Shown here: positions 48,497 through 57,223 of the stretch, in pieces | Layout of the letters: the number at the start of each line of letters is the position of its first letter | Numbering within the stretch: position 1 is the stretch's first letter | Source of the DNA: Thermoanaerobaculia bacterium | GTDB lineage: Bacteria; Acidobacteriota; Thermoanaerobaculia; Multivoradales; Multivoraceae | Reading direction: 5' to 3' | Assembly (NCBI GenBank): GCA_963664405.1 | Contig: OY761158.1 | Coordinates: forward strand, 5,280,001 to 5,344,000 | Length of the DNA: 64,000 nt | Translations under genes and position numbers: made by a program | The notes under the pieces: generated by a model | What the model was told of the DNA's origin: nothing | Databases searched by the model: none | Seen by the model: only the letters and a program-made list of their open reading frames with translations

Positions 48497-48699
48497 TCAA
48501 TCCTTGGCACGAATCTGAAAGATCGCCTGGATCTCGACCGGGGATTCCGGCCGGGAGGGAGACCATGCCGACTGCGGCGCGGGCACCGAGTCCCAGCTCG
48601 TCGCCAAAAATCCACCATCAGATTGCTGAAGCCATTGATCACTTGGGGTTGCTCCACGAAATCGGGCGTACAGTTGACCATGCCGACGATCTGGACCAC
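48497..48699 (-). pseudogene. C-terminal remnant of a RidA/YjgF-family gene with two frameshifts
   Basis: Joined frames give VVQIVGMVNCTPDFVEQPQVINGFSNLMVD/FGDELGLGARAAVGMVSLPAGIP/VEIQAIFQIRAKD*. Confidence 0.75.
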
Positions 48700-48707
48700 C
48701 GTAGCAG

Positions 48708-50483
48708 TCAGAGCGGCCAAACGAGCAGGATCATCGGCACCCCTAGGACTATGACGAGGATTTCGAGCGGTAGACCCATTCGCCAATAGTCGCCGAAGCG
48801 ATAACCGCCAGGGCCGAGGATGATGGTGTTGTTCTTGTGCCCGATCGGGGTGAGAAAGGCGCAGGAGGCGGCGACGGCGACCGCCATGAGAAAGGAGTCG
48901 GGATTCGCGCCGAGGCGGTTAGCGATGTCGACGGCGATCGGCGCCGCGATGAGAGCGGTCGCGACATTGTTGAGTACATCGGAGAGGGTCATCGTGACGA
49001 CCATCAGGATTGTAAGCACAGCTACTGTTGGAAGACCGCGAGTTGAGTCGACGATAACCTCCGCCATCAGAGCGGTGCCGCCGCTGGATTCGATCGCGGC
49101 GCTGATCGGGATCATGCATCCCAGTAGAACAATCACCGGCCACTCGATCGACTCGTAGAGCTGCGAGAGCGGGACGATCTCGAAGACGACGTAGACCACT
49201 ACCACGGCTCCGAGAGCGACCGCGAGGTCGATGAGCCCGAAGCTGGATAGGGCGACGGCGACGGCGAAGGCTCCAACGGCGAGCGCAGCCTTGTGGCGCT
49301 GAGTCACCTCGAAGCCGCGTTCTTCGAGCGTCAAGCAACCGAGCCAGCCGACGACGTCTGGGAGCTGTTCCTCCGGTCCGAGCAGAAGCAGCAGATCTCC
49401 GCCTTGGATCTTGGACCGCCTCACCCGTTCCCGGGTGAGCTTGCCGTTGCGCGAGATACCGATGAGACTGACCCCCTTCCGGTAGAGGAGGCGCAGTTCC
49501 ATGGCGGATCGTCCCTCGATGCGTGCCCCGGCCGGCACCACGACTTCGGCGAAACCGAGGGACTCGTCGGCGAGTCCTTGGTACTTTTCGGCACCGACGA
49601 ATTTCAACCCAGCGACCCCGATGAATTGATCCAGCGCTTCAGGGCCCCCTTCGAGGACCAGAAGGTCGCCTTGGCGGATTTCGCTGTACCTCGCCCTGCC
49701 GGGGAGTCGCTCGCCACGACGGATGAGGCCGAGAATGGAGACTTCGTTTTCCTCCGCGAGGGCGTCGAGATCGCGCACGCGCCGTCCGATCAGCGGAGAC
49801 TTCTCGGTAACTTCTGGGTTTGCTACGTAGGGTATGAGCTCTCGGAGCTCTGAAGCGGTGTCCAAATTCGCCCGGTCGCGAGGAATCAGGCGCCAGCCAA
49901 CCAGAGCCACGTAGGCGACCCCAACTGCGGCGACAACCGCCCCGACCGGAGCGAAGTCGAACATGCGGTAGGGCTCGCCAAGTGCGTCGGCCCGAAAGGT
50001 CGCGATGACGATGTTGGGAGGGGTTCCGATCAGGGTCACCATCCCTCCCAGAATGGAAGCGAAAGAGATCGGCATCAGCGTGAGCGCGGGGCTGCGTTTC
50101 GCGCGCCGCGCCGCTTGGATGTCGAGAGGCATGAGCAGTACCAGGGCGGCCACGTTGTTCATCAAGGTCGACAGTACGGCCGCGACGCTTGCCATGATGC
50201 CGATGTGGCTCTGCAGCCCACGCGAGGCGTCGATGACGTGTCGCGCGAGTAGCTCGATGGCACCGGAGCGTGACAGTCCGCGGCTCACGATCAGAACTAG
50301 AGCGATGATGACGACAGCTGGGTGGCCGAAGCCGGAGAACGCTCCCTTATAGGGAACGACCCCGATCACCACGCCCACAACCAGGGCAGCGAAAGCCACG
50401 AGGTCATAACGGAACCGTCCCCAGATGAACAACGCGAGGACGGTGCCGGTCAGTACGAAGAGAATAGTCTGGTCGGTCGTCAC
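48708..50483 (-). CDS. SLC13/CitMHS permease with TrkA-C domains
   Basis: MNNVA, TLIGTPPN and FLTPIGHKNN..GPGGY motifs; two RCK-C regions. Confidence 0.9.
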   Translation of the reverse strand: MTTDQTILFVLTGTVLALFIWGRFRYDLVAFAALVVGVVIGVVPYKGAFSGFGHPAVVIIALVLIVSRGLSRSGAIELLARHVIDASRGLQSHIGIMASVAAVLSTLMNNVAALVLLMPLDIQAARRAKRSPALTLMPISFASILGGMVTLIGTPPNIVIATFRADALGEPYRMFDFAPVGAVVAAVGVAYVALVGWRLIPRDRANLDTASELRELIPYVANPEVTEKSPLIGRRVRDLDALAEENEVSILGLIRRGERLPGRARYSEIRQGDLLVLEGGPEALDQFIGVAGLKFVGAEKYQGLADESLGFAEVVVPAGARIEGRSAMELRLLYRKGVSLIGISRNGKLTRERVRRSKIQGGDLLLLLGPEEQLPDVVGWLGCLTLEERGFEVTQRHKAALAVGAFAVAVALSSFGLIDLAVALGAVVVVYVVFEIVPLSQLYESIEWPVIVLLGCMIPISAAIESSGGTALMAEVIVDSTRGLPTVAVLTILMVVTMTLSDVLNNVATALIAAPIAVDIANRLGANPDSFLMAVAVAASCAFLTPIGHKNNTIILGPGGYRFGDYWRMGLPLEILVIVLGVPMILLVWPL

Positions 50484-50552
50484 GGGCTGAGACTATCTCT
50501 GGCAGGGGGGCCAGGGCTACGATTCGATGGGGAAAGAGACTCAGCGATGGAT

Positions 50553-50593
50553 CCTAGGAGCGTGTCCAAGAATTCGGACAGGCGAGTAGTTCT
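50553..50593. repeat. Partial copy of the terminal module of the 5776-5958 element
   Basis: CCTAGGAGCGTGTCCAAGAATTCGGACAGGCGAGTAGTTCT matches the reverse complement of 5919-5959 (CCTAGGAGGGTGTCCCAGTAATCGGACAGGCGAGTAGCTCT). Confidence 0.75.
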
Positions 50594-50837
50594 TAGGGGG
50601 GGATGGGCCGGAGAACGGGCCGCAGGCCCGTTTTCCGGGGCTAGGCTAGACCGGCAGCCTGATCGAAGGAGGTGCGGCGCCGGCTTGAATCCGCTAGATT
50701 AGGCGTCCCCGAGGTGGAGGTGGAATCTTAGCCCCGGCGGGGTGGAGGAATGGTATGTTCGAGAGTTTCCGAGGCACTTACCTAACGAACCCCATGGAGT
50801 CGACCCGGAAGCTGGCGCTTCGGTCGTATCGGAGCGA

Positions 50838-51635
50838 ATGAAGCTCGAGGGCAAAGTCGTCGTCGTCACCGGCGGCGCCAATGGCATCGGCCGCGCCTTC
50901 TGTGAGCGCTTCGTCGCCGAGAGACCCGCCGCAATCGTCGTAGCCGATCTCGAGGGTGATCGAGCGCAAGAGGTGGCCGATCGCGTTGGCGGCGTTGCCC
51001 ATACGGTCGACGTCGGCAAGGAGGCCGACATCGTCGCCCTGGTGGATCGCACGATCGAGAGTTATGGCCGCATCGATGTCTTCTGCTCGAACGCGGGAAT
51101 CGGTGGAGGCGCCGGAGGCGTGGACCTCTCCAACGAGACCTGGGAAAGGGTCTTCGGGGTCAACTTTCACGCCCATCTCTACGCTGCCCGTGCTGTGCTG
51201 CCGGCGATGCTCGAGCGGGGCGAGGGTTATCTGGTCAACACCATCTCCGCTGCCGGCCTCTTGACCTCACTCGGATCGGCTCCCTACGCAGTCACTAAGC
51301 ATGCGGCCCTCGCCTTCGCCGAGTGGCTCCGGATCACGCACGGCGAGCGGGGCATCCGGGTCTCTTGTCTATGCCCGCAGGGCGTCCGCACCCGGATGCT
51401 CTTGGGCGATGATCTCGACAACAAAGAGCACTTCCTCGCTGCCGGTTCGGTCTCGCCGGACGAGGTCGCCGACTGTGTTGTCGAGGCGATCGATGACGAA
51501 CGCTTCCTCATCCTCCCTCACCCCGAGGTCGCCGAGTACTTTCGGCGCAAGGGCACGGACTACGATCGCTGGCTACGAGGCATGCAGCGTTTGCAGGCAC
51601 GAGTGAGTGAGGGGTATCAGCTGGAGAAACGCTGA
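50838..51635 (+). CDS. Short-chain dehydrogenase/reductase
   Basis: TGGANGIG, SNAG and YAVTK motifs. Confidence 0.92.
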   Translation: MKLEGKVVVVTGGANGIGRAFCERFVAERPAAIVVADLEGDRAQEVADRVGGVAHTVDVGKEADIVALVDRTIESYGRIDVFCSNAGIGGGAGGVDLSNETWERVFGVNFHAHLYAARAVLPAMLERGEGYLVNTISAAGLLTSLGSAPYAVTKHAALAFAEWLRITHGERGIRVSCLCPQGVRTRMLLGDDLDNKEHFLAAGSVSPDEVADCVVEAIDDERFLILPHPEVAEYFRRKGTDYDRWLRGMQRLQARVSEGYQLEKR

Positions 51636-51859
51636 TCTCGCCCCTTCGCACCTTCTTCCAGCTCGCTTTCGAGCGCCCCTCTGTCGTCGGTGGCCTCAAG
51701 GTGTCCGCGGTCGTCGGTACGATTCTCAACGTCATCAATCAAGGCGACCTTCTTCTCGCTCTTCGCTTCGAAGAGGTGGTTTGGTGGAGGGTGGGATTGA
51801 CCTTCGTGGTGCCTTTCTGCGTTTCGATCTACGCGGCGGCTCGAATCCGCATGATCTGA
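51632..51859 (+). CDS. nrtS: NrtS-like small nitrate/nitrite transporter, probable CTG start (not in ORF track)
   Basis: LISPLRTFFQLAFERPSVVGGLKVSAVVGTILNVINQGD...LTFVVPFCVS...*. The VGTxLNxINQ motif is present; GGAG RBS and CTGA overlap with the SDR stop. Confidence 0.75.
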   Translation: MISPLRTFFQLAFERPSVVGGLKVSAVVGTILNVINQGDLLLALRFEEVVWWRVGLTFVVPFCVSIYAAARIRMI

Positions 51860-51884
51860 GAGCTGGAGAAACGATCTCCGACGA

Positions 51885-52364
51885 TCATGTCGCTTGTGTC
51901 GCCCCGCGGAGTCGGAGCCAGAGCCAAGCACTCACGCCGCCGATGAAGGGCGAGCTCGCCAAACCGGGGAAGTACCCACCCGCGGCGACGGCGAGGAGCG
52001 GATGCGCGATGCCGTTGAGCATACCGGCGATGGCGAGGAACCAGGCCGCGAAGAAAGCAGCCGGCCGCGCCGAGCGCAGCCCCGGAACCGAGGCGGCCCA
52101 GATCCCGATCCAAGTCAGGTTGAAGAGGACGAAGAAGGAGAACGGCATACTTGGCAGGCCGAACAGTGCAGGGAAGCGCTCGTGGAATCCGGTCGCGGTC
52201 TCTTCGGCGAAGTGAATACCTTGGACGCTGATCGCCAGAGCGAGCGCACGGGCGGCGTCGCGTCGCTCCGCTTCCTTCTTGGGAGGCGACTCCCGGCTCA
52301 TCGCAAGGAACAGGGCGGCGAGCGCTGCCAGACCCAGCACCAACGCGCTGACGAGCATGCTCAA
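51885..52364 (-). CDS. HXXEE domain membrane protein
   Basis: GIHFAEE, NGIAH and YFPGL motifs. Confidence 0.78.
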   Translation of the reverse strand: MSMLVSALVLGLAALAALFLAMSRESPPKKEAERRDAARALALAISVQGIHFAEETATGFHERFPALFGLPSMPFSFFVLFNLTWIGIWAASVPGLRSARPAAFFAAWFLAIAGMLNGIAHPLLAVAAGGYFPGLASSPFIGGVSAWLWLRLRGATQAT

Positions 52365-52405
52365 CGGAGCTTGACGATCTGGTTAGGGCGCAAGCCAGTG
52401 GCCTC

Positions 52406-55090
52406 CTACGAGCCGGCTTGCCGGGGAACCATCTCCATCACCTTGGCCCTCCAATTCTGGATATAGACCACGCGCTGACTTTCGGCCCTGGGTGCGCGGA
52501 GCATCAAGAATCGGCCGTCCGGGTGGGTGGGGTTGTAATTCGGAAACCCGGTGAAGGGATGGCGCATGTAGACGTCTTCGAACAGAGCCTCGGCCCGGCC
52601 GGGGAAGATGCTCCCGTCGACAAGCTCGATTGGAATGGCCATCACGTGAGTCGGGCCGCGATAGAAGAGCTCGCTCCCATCGTAAGAGAAGAACGGCTCC
52701 TGGCCGCCGTCGGGGGTGAGCTGCCGAGGCTCACCGGGGCCTGGGAAGGGTCGAATCCAGACGTTCGACTGCCCCAAGGACGATCGCGTGGCGTAGGTGA
52801 TCCAACTCCCGCGGGGATGGAAGCGGGCACAGTGGACGATCTCAGCTTCCACGAGCGTCTTCGACTCTCCTCGCTCTCGGTCGTAGACCCAGAGACCTGG
52901 TTGAAGGAGGTTCGTGCCAAGAACGTGTCGGCCGTCCGGAGAGAAACCGAGCCAAACCTGGGCGTGCTCTGAGGGCACCAGTCGTACTGCCGGCGCGGTG
53001 CGATCCGCGGGTTGGATGTAGATCTGGTTGAGACCCTCGAGGCGGTTCGATTGGAAGACAATCTCTCTGCCATCGGGCGGCACCCACTCGATCACAGAGT
53101 TGTTCGCCCCCTCCTGTTGCGGCAGGCTCCAAGAGCCGGTTTCGAGATCGAGGATCCACTGCTCCTGGTTGTTCGGCGGCGGCCCGACCGATACCGCAAG
53201 CTGTCGCTGGTCGAGAGAGAGGGAGGGTACAGTGAAAGCTCTCAGATCCGGGCTGACCGCTTCGACATCCCGTCCGTCCCGGCTCACCCAGACCAGCTGC
53301 GCGTCGTTGCTCTCGTGGCCGAAAACGTAAATCAGGTCGCCCGAGAGGGAGAGCGCGAAGTTGCCGACGTCGGCTCCGGATGCGGGGAGCCTTGCCACTC
53401 CGGTCTCGATTTGAACAACCGGCCCGCGAAGCTCTCCGGCCGTCGGCTCAAAGGCCGCCGCCCACAGGCTCCTATCCCGGTAGAAGACCAGATAGCCTGG
53501 ATCGAGGTAGCGCGGCCCCTGTCCGGCGACGACAACCCGCTCCTCCCCAGTCTCGACGTTGACCGCGAGCACGTCCATCCAGAAGCCGTCTCGCTGCTCT
53601 TTGGGCGCCTGGGTCAGTACGATGATCTCACCCGGCAACATAGCCCAGGCCGAGCCATGACCGAGCCGTTCCGGCTCTCCTCCTTCTGCTGGAACACGCC
53701 AGAGCTGGGCCGCTTCCTTGCTCTGGTGCATGCCCGGAAGGGGTGGAGAGTAGTAGAGAAAGCCGTCACGGCCCCAGAGTGACCCTTCTCCAATGGCCTC
53801 TATCCGTGTGACCGGGCTGCCTCCGGTTAGGGGAAGGAAGCGCAGGGTAGATTCTTCGTCGACGAAGGCAAGCTGCTGACCATCGGGAGAGAAGTTGGCC
53901 CACAGGGCTCCTTCGCTGCCAGGGATGGGGGTCGTCTCGAGGGAGTCGAGAGTTCGACGATTGAGGCCGGTGGACGTACCCTCGCCAGGTCCGAAGACGA
54001 GGGTCTTTCCGTTTGGAGAGAGCGAGAATCCGTGATTGGGTATCGGCACGTTGAGCTCGGTAACGGTCCAGGATTCTTTTGTGGCGACAGGGGTAACAGC
54101 CGCGTCTCTCCGGCCGCCGATGACCAGACCCGTCCCGAGAGCAATCAGTATCGCCAGCCCAGCCGCACCGAGAACGACGGCGGACGGCGCCTTCCTTACT
54201 GTGGTCCGCGGACGATCCGTCTCCTGGCCTCCAGGCTCCCCCGCGAGTGACTCGAGCTCGATGGCGACATCCCTGGCAGACTGCCAGCGCCGATCCGGGT
54301 CCTTGGCAAGACAACGGCTCACGACCCAGTCGAGGCGGGGCTGTGCGACCGGCAGAGCTTCGTTCAGTGGGCGAGGCTCCGAAGCCATGATGGCGGTGAT
54401 CAGACTCGCCTGGCTCTCTCCCCGAAACGGCCGCTCGCCGGTGACCATCTCGTAGATCACACAGCCTAGGGCCCAGATGTCGGTGCGACCGTCGGCTTCT
54501 TTGCCCTCCAGCTGCTCGGGGGCCATATAGAGAGGAGTGCCTATGATCGAGTCTTGGCCGGTGATCGGCTTGAGCAGGGTGGGGGAACGGGTGTCGGCGG
54601 GCAGCGGCTGCGCATCGATGCTCTTCGCCAGCCCGAAGTCGAGCACCTTCACTCCGGTCTTGGTGAGCATCACATTGCCGGGCTTCAGGTCTCGATGCAC
54701 CACGCCAGCCCGATGAGCAGTATCGATGGCCTCGCCGATCTGAGCGCCGATCGCCAGCACCTGGTCTATGGGTAGAGCTCCCCGCTCGATGCGCTTCTCC
54801 AGGGTCTCGCCTTCGAGGAGCTCCATGACCAGAAAGTCGACCTCCAGCTCGGAGCCGACGTCGAAGAGAGTGCAGATGTTGGGGTGCTGGAGCTGGGAGA
54901 TGGTCTTGGCTTCGCGCTCCAGACGCTGACGGAGCTCGCTGTCTTGACTGAGGCGTTCGGGAAGGACCTTGATGGCGACTTCTCGACCTAGTCGCGTATC
55001 CTTGGCGCGATAGACCTCGCCCATCCCCCCGGCGCCGAGGCTCGAGAGCACCTCGTAGTTGCCGAGACGTGTGCCTGTGTCCAGCGCCAT
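52406..55090 (-). CDS. Ser/Thr protein kinase with TM helix and TolB/PD40-like beta-propeller
   Basis: GAGGMGEVY, AIK, HRDLKPGN, DFGLAK and APE motifs; SPDG repeats. Confidence 0.95.
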   Translation of the reverse strand: MALDTGTRLGNYEVLSSLGAGGMGEVYRAKDTRLGREVAIKVLPERLSQDSELRQRLEREAKTISQLQHPNICTLFDVGSELEVDFLVMELLEGETLEKRIERGALPIDQVLAIGAQIGEAIDTAHRAGVVHRDLKPGNVMLTKTGVKVLDFGLAKSIDAQPLPADTRSPTLLKPITGQDSIIGTPLYMAPEQLEGKEADGRTDIWALGCVIYEMVTGERPFRGESQASLITAIMASEPRPLNEALPVAQPRLDWVVSRCLAKDPDRRWQSARDVAIELESLAGEPGGQETDRPRTTVRKAPSAVVLGAAGLAILIALGTGLVIGGRRDAAVTPVATKESWTVTELNVPIPNHGFSLSPNGKTLVFGPGEGTSTGLNRRTLDSLETTPIPGSEGALWANFSPDGQQLAFVDEESTLRFLPLTGGSPVTRIEAIGEGSLWGRDGFLYYSPPLPGMHQSKEAAQLWRVPAEGGEPERLGHGSAWAMLPGEIIVLTQAPKEQRDGFWMDVLAVNVETGEERVVVAGQGPRYLDPGYLVFYRDRSLWAAAFEPTAGELRGPVVQIETGVARLPASGADVGNFALSLSGDLIYVFGHESNDAQLVWVSRDGRDVEAVSPDLRAFTVPSLSLDQRQLAVSVGPPPNNQEQWILDLETGSWSLPQQEGANNSVIEWVPPDGREIVFQSNRLEGLNQIYIQPADRTAPAVRLVPSEHAQVWLGFSPDGRHVLGTNLLQPGLWVYDRERGESKTLVEAEIVHCARFHPRGSWITYATRSSLGQSNVWIRPFPGPGEPRQLTPDGGQEPFFSYDGSELFYRGPTHVMAIPIELVDGSIFPGRAEALFEDVYMRHPFTGFPNYNPTHPDGRFLMLRAPRAESQRVVYIQNWRAKVMEMVPRQAGS

Positions 55091-55104
55091 TGAAGCGTCT
55101 GCTC

Positions 55105-56511
55105 CTAAGTAACTTCCTCTGTCTGTAGCGAGCCGCGATCGAGCGGCAGAAGGGAGAAGCCGAGACGTTTAGCGTTGCGTTTGAGGTTCTTGAGGACACG
55201 TTTTCGATACTCGGTCTCGTAGTAGTCCTGTGACTTCGCAGCGTACTCGGTTCCGTATCGGAGCATCGAGTAGATGATGCGTGCGAGCTTGTGAGCGGTT
55301 GCGGTGATGGCCTCCGGTCTTCCGATCTGACCCTTCTTGCGACGGAGAAAGGCGCCGAGAGAGCTGTGCGAGTTATGCAGGCCATTCGCGGCGAATCGCA
55401 GGGCGGAGGCAGCCCGATTCGCCGAGGCTTTCGAGCGACTACTCAGCTGCTTGCCGCCGGTGATCTTGCTCCCGGGACAGAGCCCGAGCCACGACGCGAA
55501 ATGCTTCGAGTTGGGCCATCGAGTCATGTCGAGTCCGATCTCACCGATGACTTTCAGTGCCGTGTGCGCCTGAATTCCCTCGATCGCTGTGAGGTCGACC
55601 CCTGTCATGCGGAACAGATGAGAGCGCGCATCGAAGCCCAACCCGGTCCGGGTCTGCTTCTCCTTGGCCTTCTTCGGTGGGGTTTGTCCGCCCGATTGGT
55701 CTTCGAAACCTTCGAGGTAGGTCTCGATCTTCTGGTCGCACTCGCCGACTTTCTGGTGGTAGATATCGAAAAGCTCCACCGCCTGCCGGAGCTCGAAGAG
55801 ATGTTCTTCACGCCAATGACCTTCCAGCGCCTTGGCGATCGTCGCCTCGCTGTTCTTGCATCGACCATCTCGCATCTGGGCCAATCGTTTTGGATCCTGC
55901 TCACCCTCGAGAATCGCTCGGATGATCCGCATCCCGGTCGCCCCCGTGATGTCGCTGACCACATGCTGGAGTTTGATGTTCATCTGGGTCATCGCCTTTT
56001 GCATGTGTTGAATATGCTGGCCTGCGTACGAGACCAGCATCGCGCGCTGTCGCAGGTAGCTGCGCAGAACACAGATTTGATCGTCCGGCCGAAACGCTCC
56101 CCCCAACAGCCCAAAGGTGTGCAGCTGCTGAAGCCATTGGCAATCCAGCACGTCGCTCTTGCGACCAGGAACCTGGCGAAGACGATGAGGGTCGACCAAC
56201 TTCACCTCGAAACCCCGCTCCTCGAGCACCTCCATCAATGGAATCCAGTACACACCCGTCGACTCCATCACCACCGTGTCGATCCCACACGCCAGAAGAT
56301 GCTCGGCCAGCGAGTACAGATCCGCCGTGAACGCTCCGAACTTCCGAACCGGCTGCGAATCCCGGTCTTCGGGCACCGCCACCCAATGCTCCGTCGCTCC
56401 GATATCGATCCCGGCAGCATTCAGGTTGACCTGCTCAAGGCTTGCCGGCAGCTGGGATCGACGGCGCTTCGAATCACCCGCCGACCGACGACGCTCTTTC
56501 TTCCGAGACAT
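55105..56511 (-). CDS. IS110 DEDD transposase/recombinase
   Basis: AGIDIG, MESTGVYW, KSDVLD, WLGLCP and ATAHKLAR motifs. GGAGG RBS. Confidence 0.95.
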   Translation of the reverse strand: MSRKKERRRSAGDSKRRRSQLPASLEQVNLNAAGIDIGATEHWVAVPEDRDSQPVRKFGAFTADLYSLAEHLLACGIDTVVMESTGVYWIPLMEVLEERGFEVKLVDPHRLRQVPGRKSDVLDCQWLQQLHTFGLLGGAFRPDDQICVLRSYLRQRAMLVSYAGQHIQHMQKAMTQMNIKLQHVVSDITGATGMRIIRAILEGEQDPKRLAQMRDGRCKNSEATIAKALEGHWREEHLFELRQAVELFDIYHQKVGECDQKIETYLEGFEDQSGGQTPPKKAKEKQTRTGLGFDARSHLFRMTGVDLTAIEGIQAHTALKVIGEIGLDMTRWPNSKHFASWLGLCPGSKITGGKQLSSRSKASANRAASALRFAANGLHNSHSSLGAFLRRKKGQIGRPEAITATAHKLARIIYSMLRYGTEYAAKSQDYYETEYRKRVLKNLKRNAKRLGFSLLPLDRGSLQTEEVT

Positions 56512-56753
56512 ACATCCTCCTCTTGTGCGCAAACCGCACAGGAGTGGGAGCCGCACACTCTGGCACTCTCCTAAACGGGATCACGATCTCTCGTGTCGCC
56601 ACTGTCTTCTACGCAACGCTCCCAGGACCACGCTAGCTAACGGGCACGAAGCACCAATGCTCTTCCGGCCTTCTTCTCCCCGTGCGGTGCCAACAGAGTA
56701 TCCTGACTGCGCACCGTTACTTCCCGTCTCCAAGTCGTCCCGACGTACCTACG
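56512..56753 (-). ncRNA. Putative bridge/seek RNA region of IS110
   Basis: Two similar modules, CA(T/G)TGG(T/C)G...CCCGT-[7 nt]-NGTG, whose 7-mers equal the two junction sequences. Exact RNA ends unknown. Confidence 0.7.
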
Positions 56754-57223
56754 CTAGCTACTGAACATCCGAGGTTTTTTGAACAGGCGGGGCAGGGGCG
56801 CCCGCCGCCGAGGAGCACGATTGCGAGGAAGATGAGCAGGTAGAGGAAAGCCATTTCGGGGCTGCCGATCTTGTCCAGCGCCTCACTGGGTGTGCTCGAC
56901 AGACCGATGAAGGAGAGTACGTGATCGATCAAGTGCTTCTTGACAAAGGCGGCGACAAACATGGTGACGGCGCAGAGGGCGGCGACGATCCGCGGCCAGA
57001 CGCCCAGGGCGAGGAGGATGCCGCCGACAAACTCGGACAAGGCGGCGGCCCAGCTGAACAAGCCTGGCATCGGAAACCCCAGGTCTCCAATGCCATCGAC
57101 AAAGCGCTGTCCTTCACCGCTGGTCAGCATCACGATCTTGTCGAGGCCATGACCGAAGGCGATGCCGAAGCCCGAGAGTCGGAGAATAAGGAGGGCGATA
57201 TTTCGTGTCAGCTCGCCGTTCAT
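56754..57223 (-). CDS. DoxX family membrane protein (probable 1-nt frameshift near 56796)
   Basis: LRL..HGLDK, LGFPMP..EFVGG and E.AFLY motifs. One extra C in the 4-C run gives GGGRPLPRLFKKPRMFSS*, ending at the IS core. Confidence 0.8.

Larger units (their letters stand above)
55102..56753 (-). mobile_element. IS110-family element (about 1.65 kb) with AG/CT core at both junctions
   Basis: Transposase plus a 242-bp upstream non-coding region. Minus-strand junctions are TAGCT-AG|CGTAGG and TTAGG-AG|CAGACG. Removing the element leaves the doxX stop 11 bp before the kinase ATG. Confidence 0.85.

Noticed and set aside
53766-56574. Long alternative-frame ORFs (53766-55385, 55291-56574; likewise 1184-2362, 24999-26483 and 17087-18217)
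   Set aside because: Shadow ORFs overlapping well-supported genes in high-GC DNA, with no recognisable motifs.
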